Shown in pieces: positions 45,421 to 58,600 of a DNA stretch of 64,000 nucleotides. Numbering within the stretch: position 1 is the first letter of the stretch; each line of letters opens with the position of its first letter. The translations under genes were made by a program, and so were the position numbers. The stretch spans positions 955,786 to 1,019,785 of the forward strand of contig NMRA01000024.1 in NCBI GenBank assembly GCA_002633005.1. Direction: 5' to 3'. The notes under the pieces were generated by a model. The model was not told the origin of the DNA, searched no databases, and worked only from the letters and a program-made list of their open reading frames with translations. The stretch is from Phoronis australis (taxonomy: Eukaryota; Animalia; Phoronida).

Positions 45421-48400
45421 ATACCATTTTCTAAGTTATTGTTTCATTTTTATTTTATACAACATTAGATTTTTCATAAAAATCATAAAAGTCTTATTTT
45501 TGATAACCAATCATACAAAAGTGGAACATGTCAAAAACAATTCCTGACAAGTTTTTGGAGAACAGTGGATAGAACATATCGCCTGATAGTTTCAAATGAA
45601 TCCAACCAGACATTTCGATCCTGAGATATGATAATCCAAAGATAGTCAAATTTGGACATGTTTCTAGGGTCCTGCAGAACCTAAGCACACACACCAAAAA
45701 CATTTGTAAGGGTAATGTAGACATACAGTCACAGCAGTGAACATCATGTCACTAAGTTTGATTTAAAAATTCAGAACAACAAATACAATATTAAATAATC
45801 ACGAAAAAAGTCCTTCCCTTATTTAGAAGTTAAATTTTATCATTTGCTTGTTATTCATAGAAGTATCGCTGTTTTCATGACACAAGTGTAAGGTACTTTT
45901 ATGTAATTCTTTAATTGATTGATATGAAACATGACCCTTTGGGTCAAAATTTTATATAATCGCTATTTTTACCACAATTATATTTCTTTTGTTTCGCTGT
46001 AATTTTTTGAGCTTTAATTAGGTAGATGAATTGATGGAAGACCAGTTTGCTGTTTTGGTGACCCATTCGTTTACAAATTGCATGCTACCATAATTCTAAA
46101 ATGTCATTTTTCCCATCTTTCATACTACCATAGTTGCCGAGTATTTCCATGAATGCAGATGGGTCTGTGGTTTTCGTGCCAGGTTCTTTGCTCCTTGGTA
46201 TTGTCTTGTTGGCATTGCCTGTTCCACTCATTTCTGTTCAGATGCTGCTAGTAGTATCAAATGTCCTGTCAATTAATCATTTCTCAGGTCATTTTACTGT
46301 CTTGCTATAAAATGACCCCTAGCTTTAAGTCTCCAATTGTCAAGAAGGTTTGGTTGGGAGTCGTCAGCTGGTATTTAATAAGGATATATGACGTGATCAT
46401 AGTCAGTCAACAGTACCCTACACACCTGAGACCCCAAACTGTCTGTCGGAAGTCTTGATTCTAACAAACATGCCGGAAACTCTCGGCAGCTGATGCTCTC
46501 TGTTGTGCAAATGTACTCAAAGTTTGCACTATCTTAAGTACACTTTTACCTTCCTTGTTACCTGATAGAATTAAACAGTTGATGCAAAGCCTATAAAACT
46601 GTGAAGATGTTATTACTGATTGCGACGTTACACCAAGTTTTTCAAACTGGCAGCTATTTCTTCAAATAGGTCATTTAAACATGTCGCAAGTTCCAGCAAA
46701 CATGATGGAAACACACTGGCTAGATTTTGAGCTATCGATGCAGTGTGTGGTGTTAGATTGACTAAGTGGTGTTGTGGTAATGTCTCATCAATTTAGGACA
46801 CGATGGAGCAGACAAGTTTTAGATTTTATTTTTTTCTCAAATTTAAAGATATTTAGCATTGAATATATAGTTGCCATTTTCAAGTTCTACAGATGTTCAC
46901 ATCTAATGTTGCTGCTATGTAGACATTGCTGAAAATCATTTGAATACCATATTTATTCAAGCAACTTTTTAAGTACTTAGAATTTTGTGTTGATTGTGTT
47001 AATTCGGGGGATTTTTTTACAATTTGCTGGGTTTGTTCACATGTTTAAAATGGGTGGTGTCTACCATCTGATGTCAGACTGCTGTTAGGCTGTGTGTGCT
47101 ATTCCACTGTCATTTGTATTATTGTTAAGTCCTTGGCTAGCCAATTATCTGTTCCCAGACACTGGGCACCATATATCTGAGAACAACAACAATGGGTGGC
47201 CAGTTATGTGTTCACAGACATTGAGCATGTCTGAGAAAAATTACTGGGATTTTGAAGTACATGGTAATGTAGTTACTCTCAAAGACCTTGGGAAATTGAA
47301 AATATGTGAATTTTTGTCCGAATTTGGTGAGACTTTACCATTGTAGGTATTTCATTGCCACTAAGAATTTCAGTATGTGGGGGGTAAATTAAAATTATTT
47401 TTTGGCTCGTGCGACTGACCGTGAAATATGTGTGCAACTTGTAATATAGAGAATTCGTAAATTTGGGTGTGAGTCAAACATTAGCATTAACCAGGAGGAG
47501 CATTGTACTTAAGATTATTTTTTCCTTTAAATAATTTTTGTTTTCGCTTGCCCATACCTCTCTCCTCAGAGATGGATATTTAGGTTGAGTAAATACACAG
47601 GTTTATTTTCGTCAAAGACACATGCATTTTTGATGCAAATGTTTTTGTTTTTGCGGTTGATGACGTAATTCTTTTGTCAAGTTGCAAGTGAAATGTTGTG
47701 GTTGCTTGATGGTTGGTCATTGGAGGGAAAACTGGAAATTTTAACATTTGGATGCTCAAGTAAAGTAAACAAGTAGGCATTGGTGTCTCAACTTGGTGGG
47801 AGCTCATTAGCCTATCCATAGCAAAACAGTTAATTTTGATAACATACCATAAACTGTAATGAAGACCCATGTCTCCACAGTAACATATCTCACTCCGTAA
47901 TTTGACTTAGGGTCATTAAAACACAGCCACTGTCATGGGACATGGATGCTCCTAGAAATTGCAAAACCCATTTTGGACGTCCCCAATTTTGAAATCATGG
48001 ATGAACCCCTGCTCCAGACAAAGAAGTTTTCACCCATTTTCCAAAGCGTTGATTCTGATTTAGGATACTTAAGTTGAAAGCAAATTAAGGATTGTTTACT
48101 TTTCGTCCTCTTTTTGTTAAAATATGCTAAACAAGAAAACACATGTATTGTGTTACGTTGTCCGACAGCTCTCACATTTTATAGATTTGCGGGATAGTGA
48201 TAAATAGTTTATATTGGAAATCGATGGACGCATGACTCTTGGTGATTCTTTTGTAAGTTTGCCTGGGGTTAGCAATCCTGCGTTTTGCGCTATCTGCTGT
48301 AACTGAGCTGTCTGGGATCTCAAGGTTGTTGCTTGGTGATTTGTAGTGGTATCAGTATGTTGTTACAGTGGCTTTGTACAGTGTGTCACTTAACTGAAAA

Positions 48401-49647
48401 AGTTTCAATGTGTAGTGATGCAAAATGTTCATCTAATTTGATAATATCGTCAAAATACTTGGAGTTTTGAGTGGATATTACTGAGGTGATAGTATTGTTT
48501 TTTTTGCCAGGGTGTGACGCCCCACTTGGGAATACCGGGTGAGGTGGGGGGAGGGGGGGGCAATCACAGCTGAGACTATACTCCTGTGATGCCATCGACT
48601 AAACCAGAAATTTCTTTTCAACATGGTGGTCATTATCTCAGTCATTCTATATTAAAAGCTTTAACAAATTTTTCCAGAAATATGGTTTGTAAATAACAAT
48701 AGAAGTGGTAATTTCAGTTTGAAGTGGGAGGTTGGAGTCTGCCTGCAGCAGACTTTATTGAGTGTAATATTAAAACGTAGGTTCAATGCCTCAAAATTAG
48801 AATGCTGGTCAAAATTTACCAGCATGCGAGCAGTTGAGTGTGTGTTACTGTACCGGGGGGGAGTTCTTGACAATATTTTTACTGGGGATGTAGCTGGGAA
48901 GTTGAAATATCAACCCATTTGGTTAGATTTGGGACCCATTTGTAGCATAAGCGGGTATTGGGTTTGCCTGCAGGCAAATTGACTCCCAAAAATTAAAAAC
49001 CTTACCCAGACATTTTCTTTCGAAAATTGTTGTTGGGTCAATGGGTCCCCCCAGTTGTGACGTCTCAGATGCATTGGTGTGTTAGAGTCAGATTCCATGA
49101 AAAAGTCACCCTTTGTTTCGGGAACACCACCCTTTTCTTGGGTTTATTCTATAAACCCAAGTCTTTATTTAAGGATTCTTGGGCAGTTTTGTTAAGAATT
49201 ATCACGATGTGTCAGTAAGTTGCTTGAGACTGCGTACACTTGATACCAGCGTTAAATATAAAGATTATTTTCTGCAGAGCTCTTCAGCAACACCATGGCT
49301 GAGACATCAGTTTGAACCATGCAAGGATATTCCTATCGTCATGTGCTGTTAAGTAACTGGTTAAAATTTGAAAGTGGAAAAGTTTTGCTGCACCATGTGA
49401 CAATGTATAGCTCTTCCGTATATCCAAGTTTTAAAGTACCATTCTCTTTCATTTGTCTGGTGATTTGGTTCACCTTCAGTGGTCTTGCCTTTTTTCATTG
49501 GGTGTTTCGTTGACAAAACCAGCNGGTTTAGATCATATTTTCTGCATTGTTATGCATATTGATTCAATATTAATGGTTCAGGAGCTGCTAATCTGTTCAG
49601 TTAAGGGTTTCTTTGTATTTCAGTTTGGAGTACGAGCAAACGGCATC

Positions 49648-52600
49648 ATGGCCGCGGTGTCGGGAAGTAAAAACGACACAGATGAGAAGAAGCCAAAAAA
49701 TACGGCCAGCACTATCCGTACTGCCGATGAGCTTCAGACGGACTATTTGCCCAAGGATACTGGCAGCGAAGTGTACCTTGCCAACCATATGAAATATGGC
49801 TGGCGTAATTTCCGGCCAGATGCATTGCAATATTTCAACAATGCCAAGTGGCTGTTATTCTTCTTATGTCTTTCAAATTTCTCTCAAACTATGGCAACCA
49901 ATGGTTTCATAGGATCCGTACTCTCTACGCTAGAGACCAGATTTGGTCTCAAGAGCACACAGAGCGCACTCATTGCCAGTGCCTACGAGATCGGCACGGT
50001 CCCGGCATTGGTCATCATCTCGATATTTGGCAGCCGTATCAACCGGCCACTCTGGATTGGACTTGGAATGTTCGTCTGCAGCCTTGGCTCATTTTTATTC
50101 GTTATGCCGCACTATTTCTCGGATTTCTACCAATACAGCCGCGGTGCCGTGGAACCAGTCTGTAAGTCGAACTCATCCGTTTGTGATGAGGAGTACATTG
50201 ATGGTGACCTCGGTATCTATCTTTATGTATTCATTATCGGAAATGTTCTGCATGGAATAGGGACCACTCCACTCTATACGATTGGCGTCACTTACTTGGA
50301 CGATATGATCAGCAAAGAGACATCGGCCTTATTTATAGGTGAGTTGGTGTAATCAGACAATCACGATATCTTGTTACTGTATGTTTGTTGGTGTAACTTT
50401 GACTTTTTCACTCACTTTCTTGTAACTGTTAAAAAATTAAGATGAAATTATATTACAAATTTGCCTGAATTATAGTCGTGTTCAAACAAACTAAATCTGG
50501 GTTATCAGTTTTTCACGGTTCACACTTAGATTTACAACTGTTAAAACTGAAGTTCCTGGTTTTGTCCGCGATTGGTGGCAATCAATACCTACATGAATTC
50601 CTTTCATATTCACAAGGTTACAACTGTGCTGACAGTTCACATGGGTTTATGACACTTAAAACTGCTTTCTAAAACCTCCATCATAGAGGGTTAGAACCAC
50701 ATTGCAGTTTACAACTTTTATTGATGGTTTTAAACTGTTCACACCAAGAGTGTAACCTTTAAACCAGTGAGGGCTTGGGGTTTAATCTTTTCGCTCAAAA
50801 TTATGTGTGACATTTTCTGGTCTACTTTTGTGCAAACTCAAGATAAATATTTTGGCTTTTTCTACTGGAGTATGTTATGGTTTATGGTGATCAGTGTCCA
50901 GACTTAAAGGTTGGCACATGATGTCCCTTAGATTCGAGCTATGAGCTCAAGTCAAGACTCGTTATTGCGAGAATTAACTAGAAATTTCAACTTCAGACAC
51001 AAACTTATATAGTTAATGCTGGGGTCATCAAGTGGAAGCAAGGATTAGAAAGTTATCTTCGTAAACTAAAGAGTACTCCAGTACAGAATAATAGATACTT
51101 ATCTTGAGTTCATAAAAAATGAAATCAAAATTGCCAAAAATAATTGGTTGGATTTCGAGAACATTTAGATTAGACCACCAGCCCTCGTTTGAAAGTTATA
51201 ATTGCTCTGGTTTGAACAGGACAACTGCATTTGTTGGTTGGTCGGTTGAAATGAATATTTTGAAACTTTCAGCCCTAAGTCTTAAATGTAAAACTTAATT
51301 GGGCCACATGTTGTTTTTACAATATGTAAATTATAGATTTGTCATCAAGAGGGGTTTGATTTTTACTGTAAAACTGTTGTTTTGATGTAACTATAGTTAC
51401 ACAGAATATGCATATTAAAAGTCAACATCTCAAAGGTTTCGATGACATGCTTGTTGGACCTGGGAAAAGGGTTCTGTTGTGTCTCCTGTCGCCTCCATTT
51501 ATCTGAAGAGGGAAAGCAAAATCTTACTGTGACTCTCTAGGCCGGGTTTGATGTCATACCCATGCTTGAAGATGCCAGAGTCTTACATTGAGTACAGTTA
51601 TTTGCAATACTGTGAAGGGATGAAACCTGTTGTCATAGACCTTGTGCAAATACTTAGATCTCACAGCTGCAGGTCAACATTTCCTGGTTATGACTCAGCC
51701 TGCATGTGTTTTGTCTGTACTTTTATTCATGTCTGTAAAGTTTGCTTCTTACAAAAAGGGTGCCTGAGGGTTTTGAGCCGTTTTCGTAATAATTTAACTG
51801 GAGGAGAGTTGGTGTGTATTAGAGAGTCCTAACAATCTTGTAGCAAAACAATTCGTCAGCATAGACACTTCCAATGTGTAACAAAAGTAAAAATTGAAAG
51901 CTTCATCTATTGTTTGCATATATGTTTTCTTAACTTACTGTAAAAATTTGTCAATCTTTGATATTAAACAGGATTACTAAAATAGCCATTTTTTCTATTT
52001 GTCGTAGACTTACTGGGTAGTACATTGTTGTGAATGCTCAGAATGTTGTTTGGTGTGACAGCTTTTTTGTACAATAAGCCATTATTAATAACCAAAAAAA
52101 AAATTATCCCCCGATAAATGTTTTTTGTTAAGAAATGCAATAAAACAAAATTCTGCTAGTCCAAGTACTTATTGTGTCCTGGAATTTAAGAACTTTCACC
52201 ATAATTAGAGTGAGGGAGGTGAGGTGTTTAGCTGCAATGTACACAAATGTGTACTTGAGCTAAAAGCGTGTGGACATATTTTATGTTTCTGATGAATTAT
52301 TTTGGCTGTAAGATAAATGGCAGTTGTCTAGATTCACTTTGCAATGTATTGAATCCGTACCTCTGTGCAGTTACCAACAGGTTTGGGAACGCTATGCGGT
52401 AGTCCTTCACCTCCTCAGCACACTTTACGATATGGTGAACGAGTGAAATTCTGTTTTCCCAAATTTCTCCACAGAAATAAAAATTTATAAAATGTTGGTC
52501 TATTTTTAGCTTAGTTTGTAATATGTAGATGTCATAAAACAAAATTTGGTAAAATTTGCATCTCTAGCATTAAAGTAATTAGCATTAGAAAAATGGAAAC

Positions 52601-55600
52601 GTCACAATTTAGGCAATTATTTTTATACGAAGTACCGTACTGTCTAAAAAGGCTACGTCCGTAGCTTCTGTCTTACCAGGAGTGGGACTGAGCCAGTGAG
52701 TTGTTATCTGACCTGAACAACACTGGAAATGGTGTGTGCATGTACATTTTAATTAAAACAAAGCGGCCACTTGATGTGTTAGTTAAAAGACCAATTTTAC
52801 TTTGATGAAAGCATTTGGGAATAATGTAACTTCTAAAATAAGTAAAAACACATGTTTTATTGACATTTTAAAACACTGGGCGGCAAGTTTAATGAGCTTA
52901 ATTCAGAATGAAACATCAATGACAGTTTAGTTTTAAAACAAAACTTTACTTTAAATTGTTTATTTAAATGCTCTTAAGTAGACCTCTATGCCTATCCCGA
53001 AATGCGTAATGTTCAGATTGATACCACAAAGCAGTGTTTTCAAACCTCATTTTGAACCATTTATGATGTCACTTAGGTAGATGGTGGTGTCTGCAAATTA
53101 AATACATATTGACCTTAGTTGTTTTTATGGGAGACGGATGCCCCCTGACCCTGACCCATTTGCAGGACACATGGCCAACACTAGCGTATGGGTCTATGCT
53201 TATGAACGCATTTTGCTTGCAAAATGTACATGAGAATTTCTGAAAGTGTAATCAATGTTTTTTTTTTTCATCACAGGTATATTTTATGCAATGGGTGTGT
53301 TAGGTCCAGCTGTCGGTTTCATTGGCGGTGGGTTTTTCCTCAACATGTTCACTGACTTTGATTCTCACAGTAGATCAAGGTAAGTACCAGGTGTCAAGCT
53401 GTTGGTCATCTGGGGTCATGTTTCACTGAAGAGCATAAGACCTAAGGTCTATTAGATCTGATTTGCACTTGTTGTAACTACGGTAACCAGCTAGGATTTT
53501 CCAAGATTTAACACAAGTTGAGGTTAAACTTAACTTCAGGAAGAACCTCCTAACATTCATTTATTTTTATCAAAACATTAGCTAATTAATTTTTTAAGCT
53601 AGGCACCAGTTCAAAGGGTTGTTAAGTTAGGACTCTTTAGTGAATGGCTCCCCTGACAGCATATTTTACCACACCTCTAAACAAAGTATTACTTATCTCA
53701 GCTTACTATACTCCTTAGGTATTTTGCACTGAAGCAATCAATTAAAATCTGATTTATTCTATTGTCCAAAGGCCCACTCTCGGGAAGGTTCCTCCACCAA
53801 CCTGCATGGGTATTTTAGGAAATTTCCCCTGTGACTACCTGGTTACAAGGTCTCAGCATGCCAACCCATATGGTTATGTTTCACTTTCACTCAGTACAAA
53901 TCATGCTAACGGACATTTCTACAGGCAGACCTATCTTTTGATGAGCGCAGCGAGTGTATACGAGGAAAATTTTCAGCAGATACACCCAGGTCGTTCGTTT
54001 GGAGTTGATACTGGCTGTTTCCTAAAACTTCCAGTTTTCCAAGAAATGGAAACCAAAAATGGCTGGTAGCTTAAGTAAACATTCAACAATAAACTGTTAT
54101 CTGTGGAAACAATATAAATCGACAATGTTGTGTATTGATTCTCCTGGTTTCAATTTACATGCTGATTGCGTTGTTGATGTAAGAGGGTATATACATTCAC
54201 AACTTCCTTATGTATGCCCAGTGGATATTAGGATTTGACTTTTTGTTCTTAGACGGATAATTTTCTGAATGTACATGTGGGGCGTGACTATAGAAAACTC
54301 TGGTAGTGATGAAGAAGAAGACCCATAATGTTTGGTTATGTTGAGGAGTTGGGTGAATGAAATTTCCCTTTTTCCCCTCATTGAATGCTGAACAGGTGAT
54401 TTGCTGTATCACCCAATGGTGTCACCTTTCAGTACTTTTGCTTGTCCAGTTTTTATCATCTTTGGTATTTTCTTCTTTTACTTGGCATTGATTTCTTTTG
54501 GTTTAACCTCCCAGTGCAAACAAGCCTACATGCAGTTGGGCTGAACTGTTATCCGCGCCCTGGTGGCTGCCTGTTCATGTTTGCTAAGCCCTTTTGTTAT
54601 TTTACATTGGTCTGTTATTGGCAGTCTGCCAGTGAAGTACTATTCATGTTTTTATTCTTTGAATAATTGAAATAAAATGCACCGTGCGTGACAGGTGTTG
54701 GCCAAGAACAAATCATTTGAAATTATTCATTTCTGTAGTCTCGCTGTTTTTTGTGTTGGCAAAATACACAGTTGACATGCCCATTGTGTCTCTGGTGTAT
54801 TCTTTGAGTGAGAAGTTGTCTGCGTTTAGTGCGTTTTTGTTATTAAGTTGTCACATTTTTAGACAAGGCAACCCATGTATCATAAAAAGAACTTCGTTCG
54901 AGATTTTGTAGTTATCTATCACAATTAATTCCCAAATTTCACTTGTCAGCGTACCATATGCAACCCATCATTCAATAATTATGTTGCAATTAAGTGTCAG
55001 GTTACCTTTTGAATACATTACTCTGTCTCACCAATACACAATAGCTTGCAAGGTTTTCCACACTGAGCATTGAAAGGTAATGGAAGGTTTCGTACAGGAC
55101 GGAAAACTGCGTTTTTTTGCATTCGGGTTAACACTCACGTTCACCCGAACAAACAGTTATCACTGAATTTTTAAAATTTTTACATGTTGATAGGAATTTT
55201 CGAAGAAATGCTTTACCATATGAATATGGTGTGGGAAACATGTTGTGAACATTCTTATGTGGCCAACAGATGGCGTGCTGACAACATGCTTTACCCTACT
55301 CCAATTCTGTACCATAGCTACCTCATCAGACTATTTGAATAGTGTGGGGACTTAAAACACTGTTAAAAGCTCTTGAAAAAGAAAACACAGGCAAGTTTTT
55401 TTGCCAAGATTGGTGAGATTTTGATGATCTAACATCTTTTGTTGTGCTAGTGTCCTGCTGTGTTTGCTGACATTTCATCCTTTGTAATAATACAGTACAT
55501 GTCATTCAGCAATTATTTCCTTAATCATTGTAATGAAGCCCTGTCTAGAATTACGCAACCTTGTACATCTCATTGCAGTAGCCTGTCAATAACCAATCAG

Positions 55601-58600
55601 GATCCACGCTGGGTCGGCGCTTGGTGGGTCGGCTTCTGGATCAATGCCATCGTCACGATGCTGGTCGTTCTGCCACTGACAGGCTTTCCCTTAGATCTCC
55701 CAGGTAACCGACTGGTAATAGGATAATAACTGTCTGCTGGTTGTTAAGTTCACACTGTATGAACTTTAATGTGCTGCACGCGTGTTGTTCACAGTTTGAC
55801 ACGCTATTAGCCTGTAAATTAAAATCGGGTTTGTTTCCCTTTGCACAACTGATCATAAAATATGCGCGTGACTGATTGGTGTTTATTTCAATCTGAGAAA
55901 GGATTTATTTGTTATTGACATATTTTTGCTGCAAAAATAAGTGTTCCCCAACAATGACAAGAAAAGACATATTTTACTGACCTTACCCACCTCGGCTGAT
56001 TGAGGATAGGATGGCGGTTACTAATGGCAGTGCTGTATACGTATCACGTGGTCAGCTTAGAGGCAAATACGAAGGCTTTATTAATTAATTAGTGCGTTTT
56101 TTTTTGAAAAAGTACATCTGCCATGTAATAATACAATGCTCCCTGTCTCTATTTTCATGTATAGTTTTGGTGAAAAGCCGATTTGAGAATGTAACAGGAT
56201 CTCGGGAGGGGGGGGGGGGTGGGCGGCTACATGCATCTGGCCACTATTTTCATGTGGGCACATTTTGGTGATGGTGGAGGATATGAATAGTGCATGCTTT
56301 TGTGGGCTGCCAGATAGTATTTGAGAAATATTTTCAGAAATGTTACCCTCGCTATGCAGTTTTCAATATGTGCCCTCTTGAAGAAAACACTAGACTTTAC
56401 AGCAGCGTAACGCATTCCTCTTGTACATGAAGGTTCCTAATTTCTCAGATGCAGTTCCAGGAGGTGCAATGGCTGCTCAGACACTTTTGCTTTGGTTTAG
56501 GAAAGGTATCCAAAGTGGTACCTATATTCATCCATGGTTGGATTCATCCTTAGCCGAAATCCTGGATCCATGTCTGGTTCAGTCTTGAAACAGTAACTCC
56601 ACTCAAAATCTTGATTTCTGTTCTCTGTGACCACAGGTGCTGCGCAAATTCGAGCCGAGAAAGAGTCGGAGGCTCACGGTGACGCCGAGGCTATGGCGGC
56701 ACATCCAGACTTTGGCTCCAGGTGGCGAGACGTACTGGTGGTGATTCTGTCATTGTTCAAGAATGCTCCATTCGTCTGCATCACGTTTATCGGAATCTTC
56801 GAGGCCATCATCATCCAGGGGTTTGTGGCTTTTGGCCCAAAGTACGTTGAGAACCAGTTCGCCATCAGCAGCACCTTAGCCGCCATTGTGTTTGGTATGT
56901 TCACAGTGAGAACTGTTTGTGTTTGATGAAAAAAGCATTAGAAGTAGTTTCATACGTCATCCCTTCTAAACAGCATGTAAGAATCAGACATAATCCTTAA
57001 AGTCCAGGGAGATGTTTCTCGAAAGTCTCGAAGTCGACTTTTGGCTAAAAATCAGTCTGTGGATAATTTACCTGTTTCAATAAATCAGGTAAATGTCTGA
57101 AAATCTGTCTTCAAGTCGAAGCCAAAAGACAGAAATTTGTAGCCTGCTGGGGAGCAGACTAAAACCGTAAGTCAAAAAAGACAAAAAAATCAACTTTTTT
57201 ATATTCTTTTTGAGAAACAGGTCTTCCGGTGTTCTAACTTATAACTCCCTCTGGTGTTTGGTCACAGAACCTGCTTATTTCGTGCCAAATTGTTCTTGGG
57301 GCATAAAATGACAAGCCCATCAACCTAACTTGATCCTTTTCTAAGCCAATAATGAGCTATCAGTTCTTCCTAAGCCAAGGAATAACTTCTAAATCTTGTG
57401 CAAGGAACAAGTTGGCACCGATTAGGATAGCAAGTGGTCTAAATTAAAAGTTTGCTGGGCCGATCACGGTGGCAAGTGGTCCAAATTAAAAGTTAATGTT
57501 TTTAACCAGAGGTAGATACAAAACAGGTCCTTCCTTCTTGAATGTTGTATTGTATTATTCCTGAAGGCTTTTGAGTATGTTGTACATTTCAGTTGATCTT
57601 GCCATGCAAGGGTAGATCTTTCCCTCCACATCAGGTGTTCTCATTAACGGTGTACGTCTTTCACTGTATATGTAATATTATAGTGACAATAAAACAAACA
57701 CTAGCCATAGGCTATTAATACTGACTATAAAGTAGCAATACAGAAAAAACAAAACATTTTGGAGAATGTGGCTGGATCAAAACCTGCCGATCTATTCTGT
57801 TTCCATATCGAACAATAGCTAGCACTACCCTGTGCTATCAGTTGAAGATCTACTTCCAACCAAGGAGACCTTGCTCCGTTTATGTGATTGTTAAAATAAT
57901 TTTAGCAACACCAGATGAATATTTTCTTAGGTGTTTCTGAGGAGTTTTCGCCTTACTTCACGAATTTTAACATTTTTGTGAGATTACGTAATCGATTTCA
58001 ATGTCGTACTTCGATTCTATGTTTGCTTCAGCGAATATGTCGGTGACAAGTCATCGAATTGTAGTAACACTAATTCTGGCAGTATATATTCGCTTCATTA
58101 TTCACTGTTCAGGTATTATCACTGTTCCCGGTGGGGCTGGGGGCACCGTGATAGGCGGATACATCATCAAGAGGTTCAAGATGGGCTTTAGTCGAATAAT
58201 GAAGATCAACCTTATTATGCACTTCCTTGTGGTACTTTTGATGGGAGAGTTCTTCATACGTTGCCCTAGTCTGCCATATGCCGGCATCAACACCACATAC
58301 AACAGTGTCGTTTCCAGGTATTGTGTTTGTCTATTCAGTTGATGCTTTAGTAGATATCTGTAATCTGTATATAATGTATTACTATCGTTCCATGCTTATC
58401 CTCGTGATACTTCTGAAGGGAGAGTTCTTCATACGTTGCCCTAGTCTGGCGTATGCCGGCATCAACACCACATACTAGCAGTGTTGTCACCAGGTGCTGT
58501 GTTTGTCTGTGGAGGTGATGTTATTGTACATATGTGTATGTACTGTATAGACTATGACATGAAGAGGCAGCTATTTCCCATATCTAGACCCTTGTGGGAT

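Noticed and set aside
49453-49647. N-terminal extension of the SLCO ORF in the ORF track
   Set aside because: It starts at a non-ATG codon, contains an N, and runs through an intron acceptor at 49623. The first ATG is at 49648.
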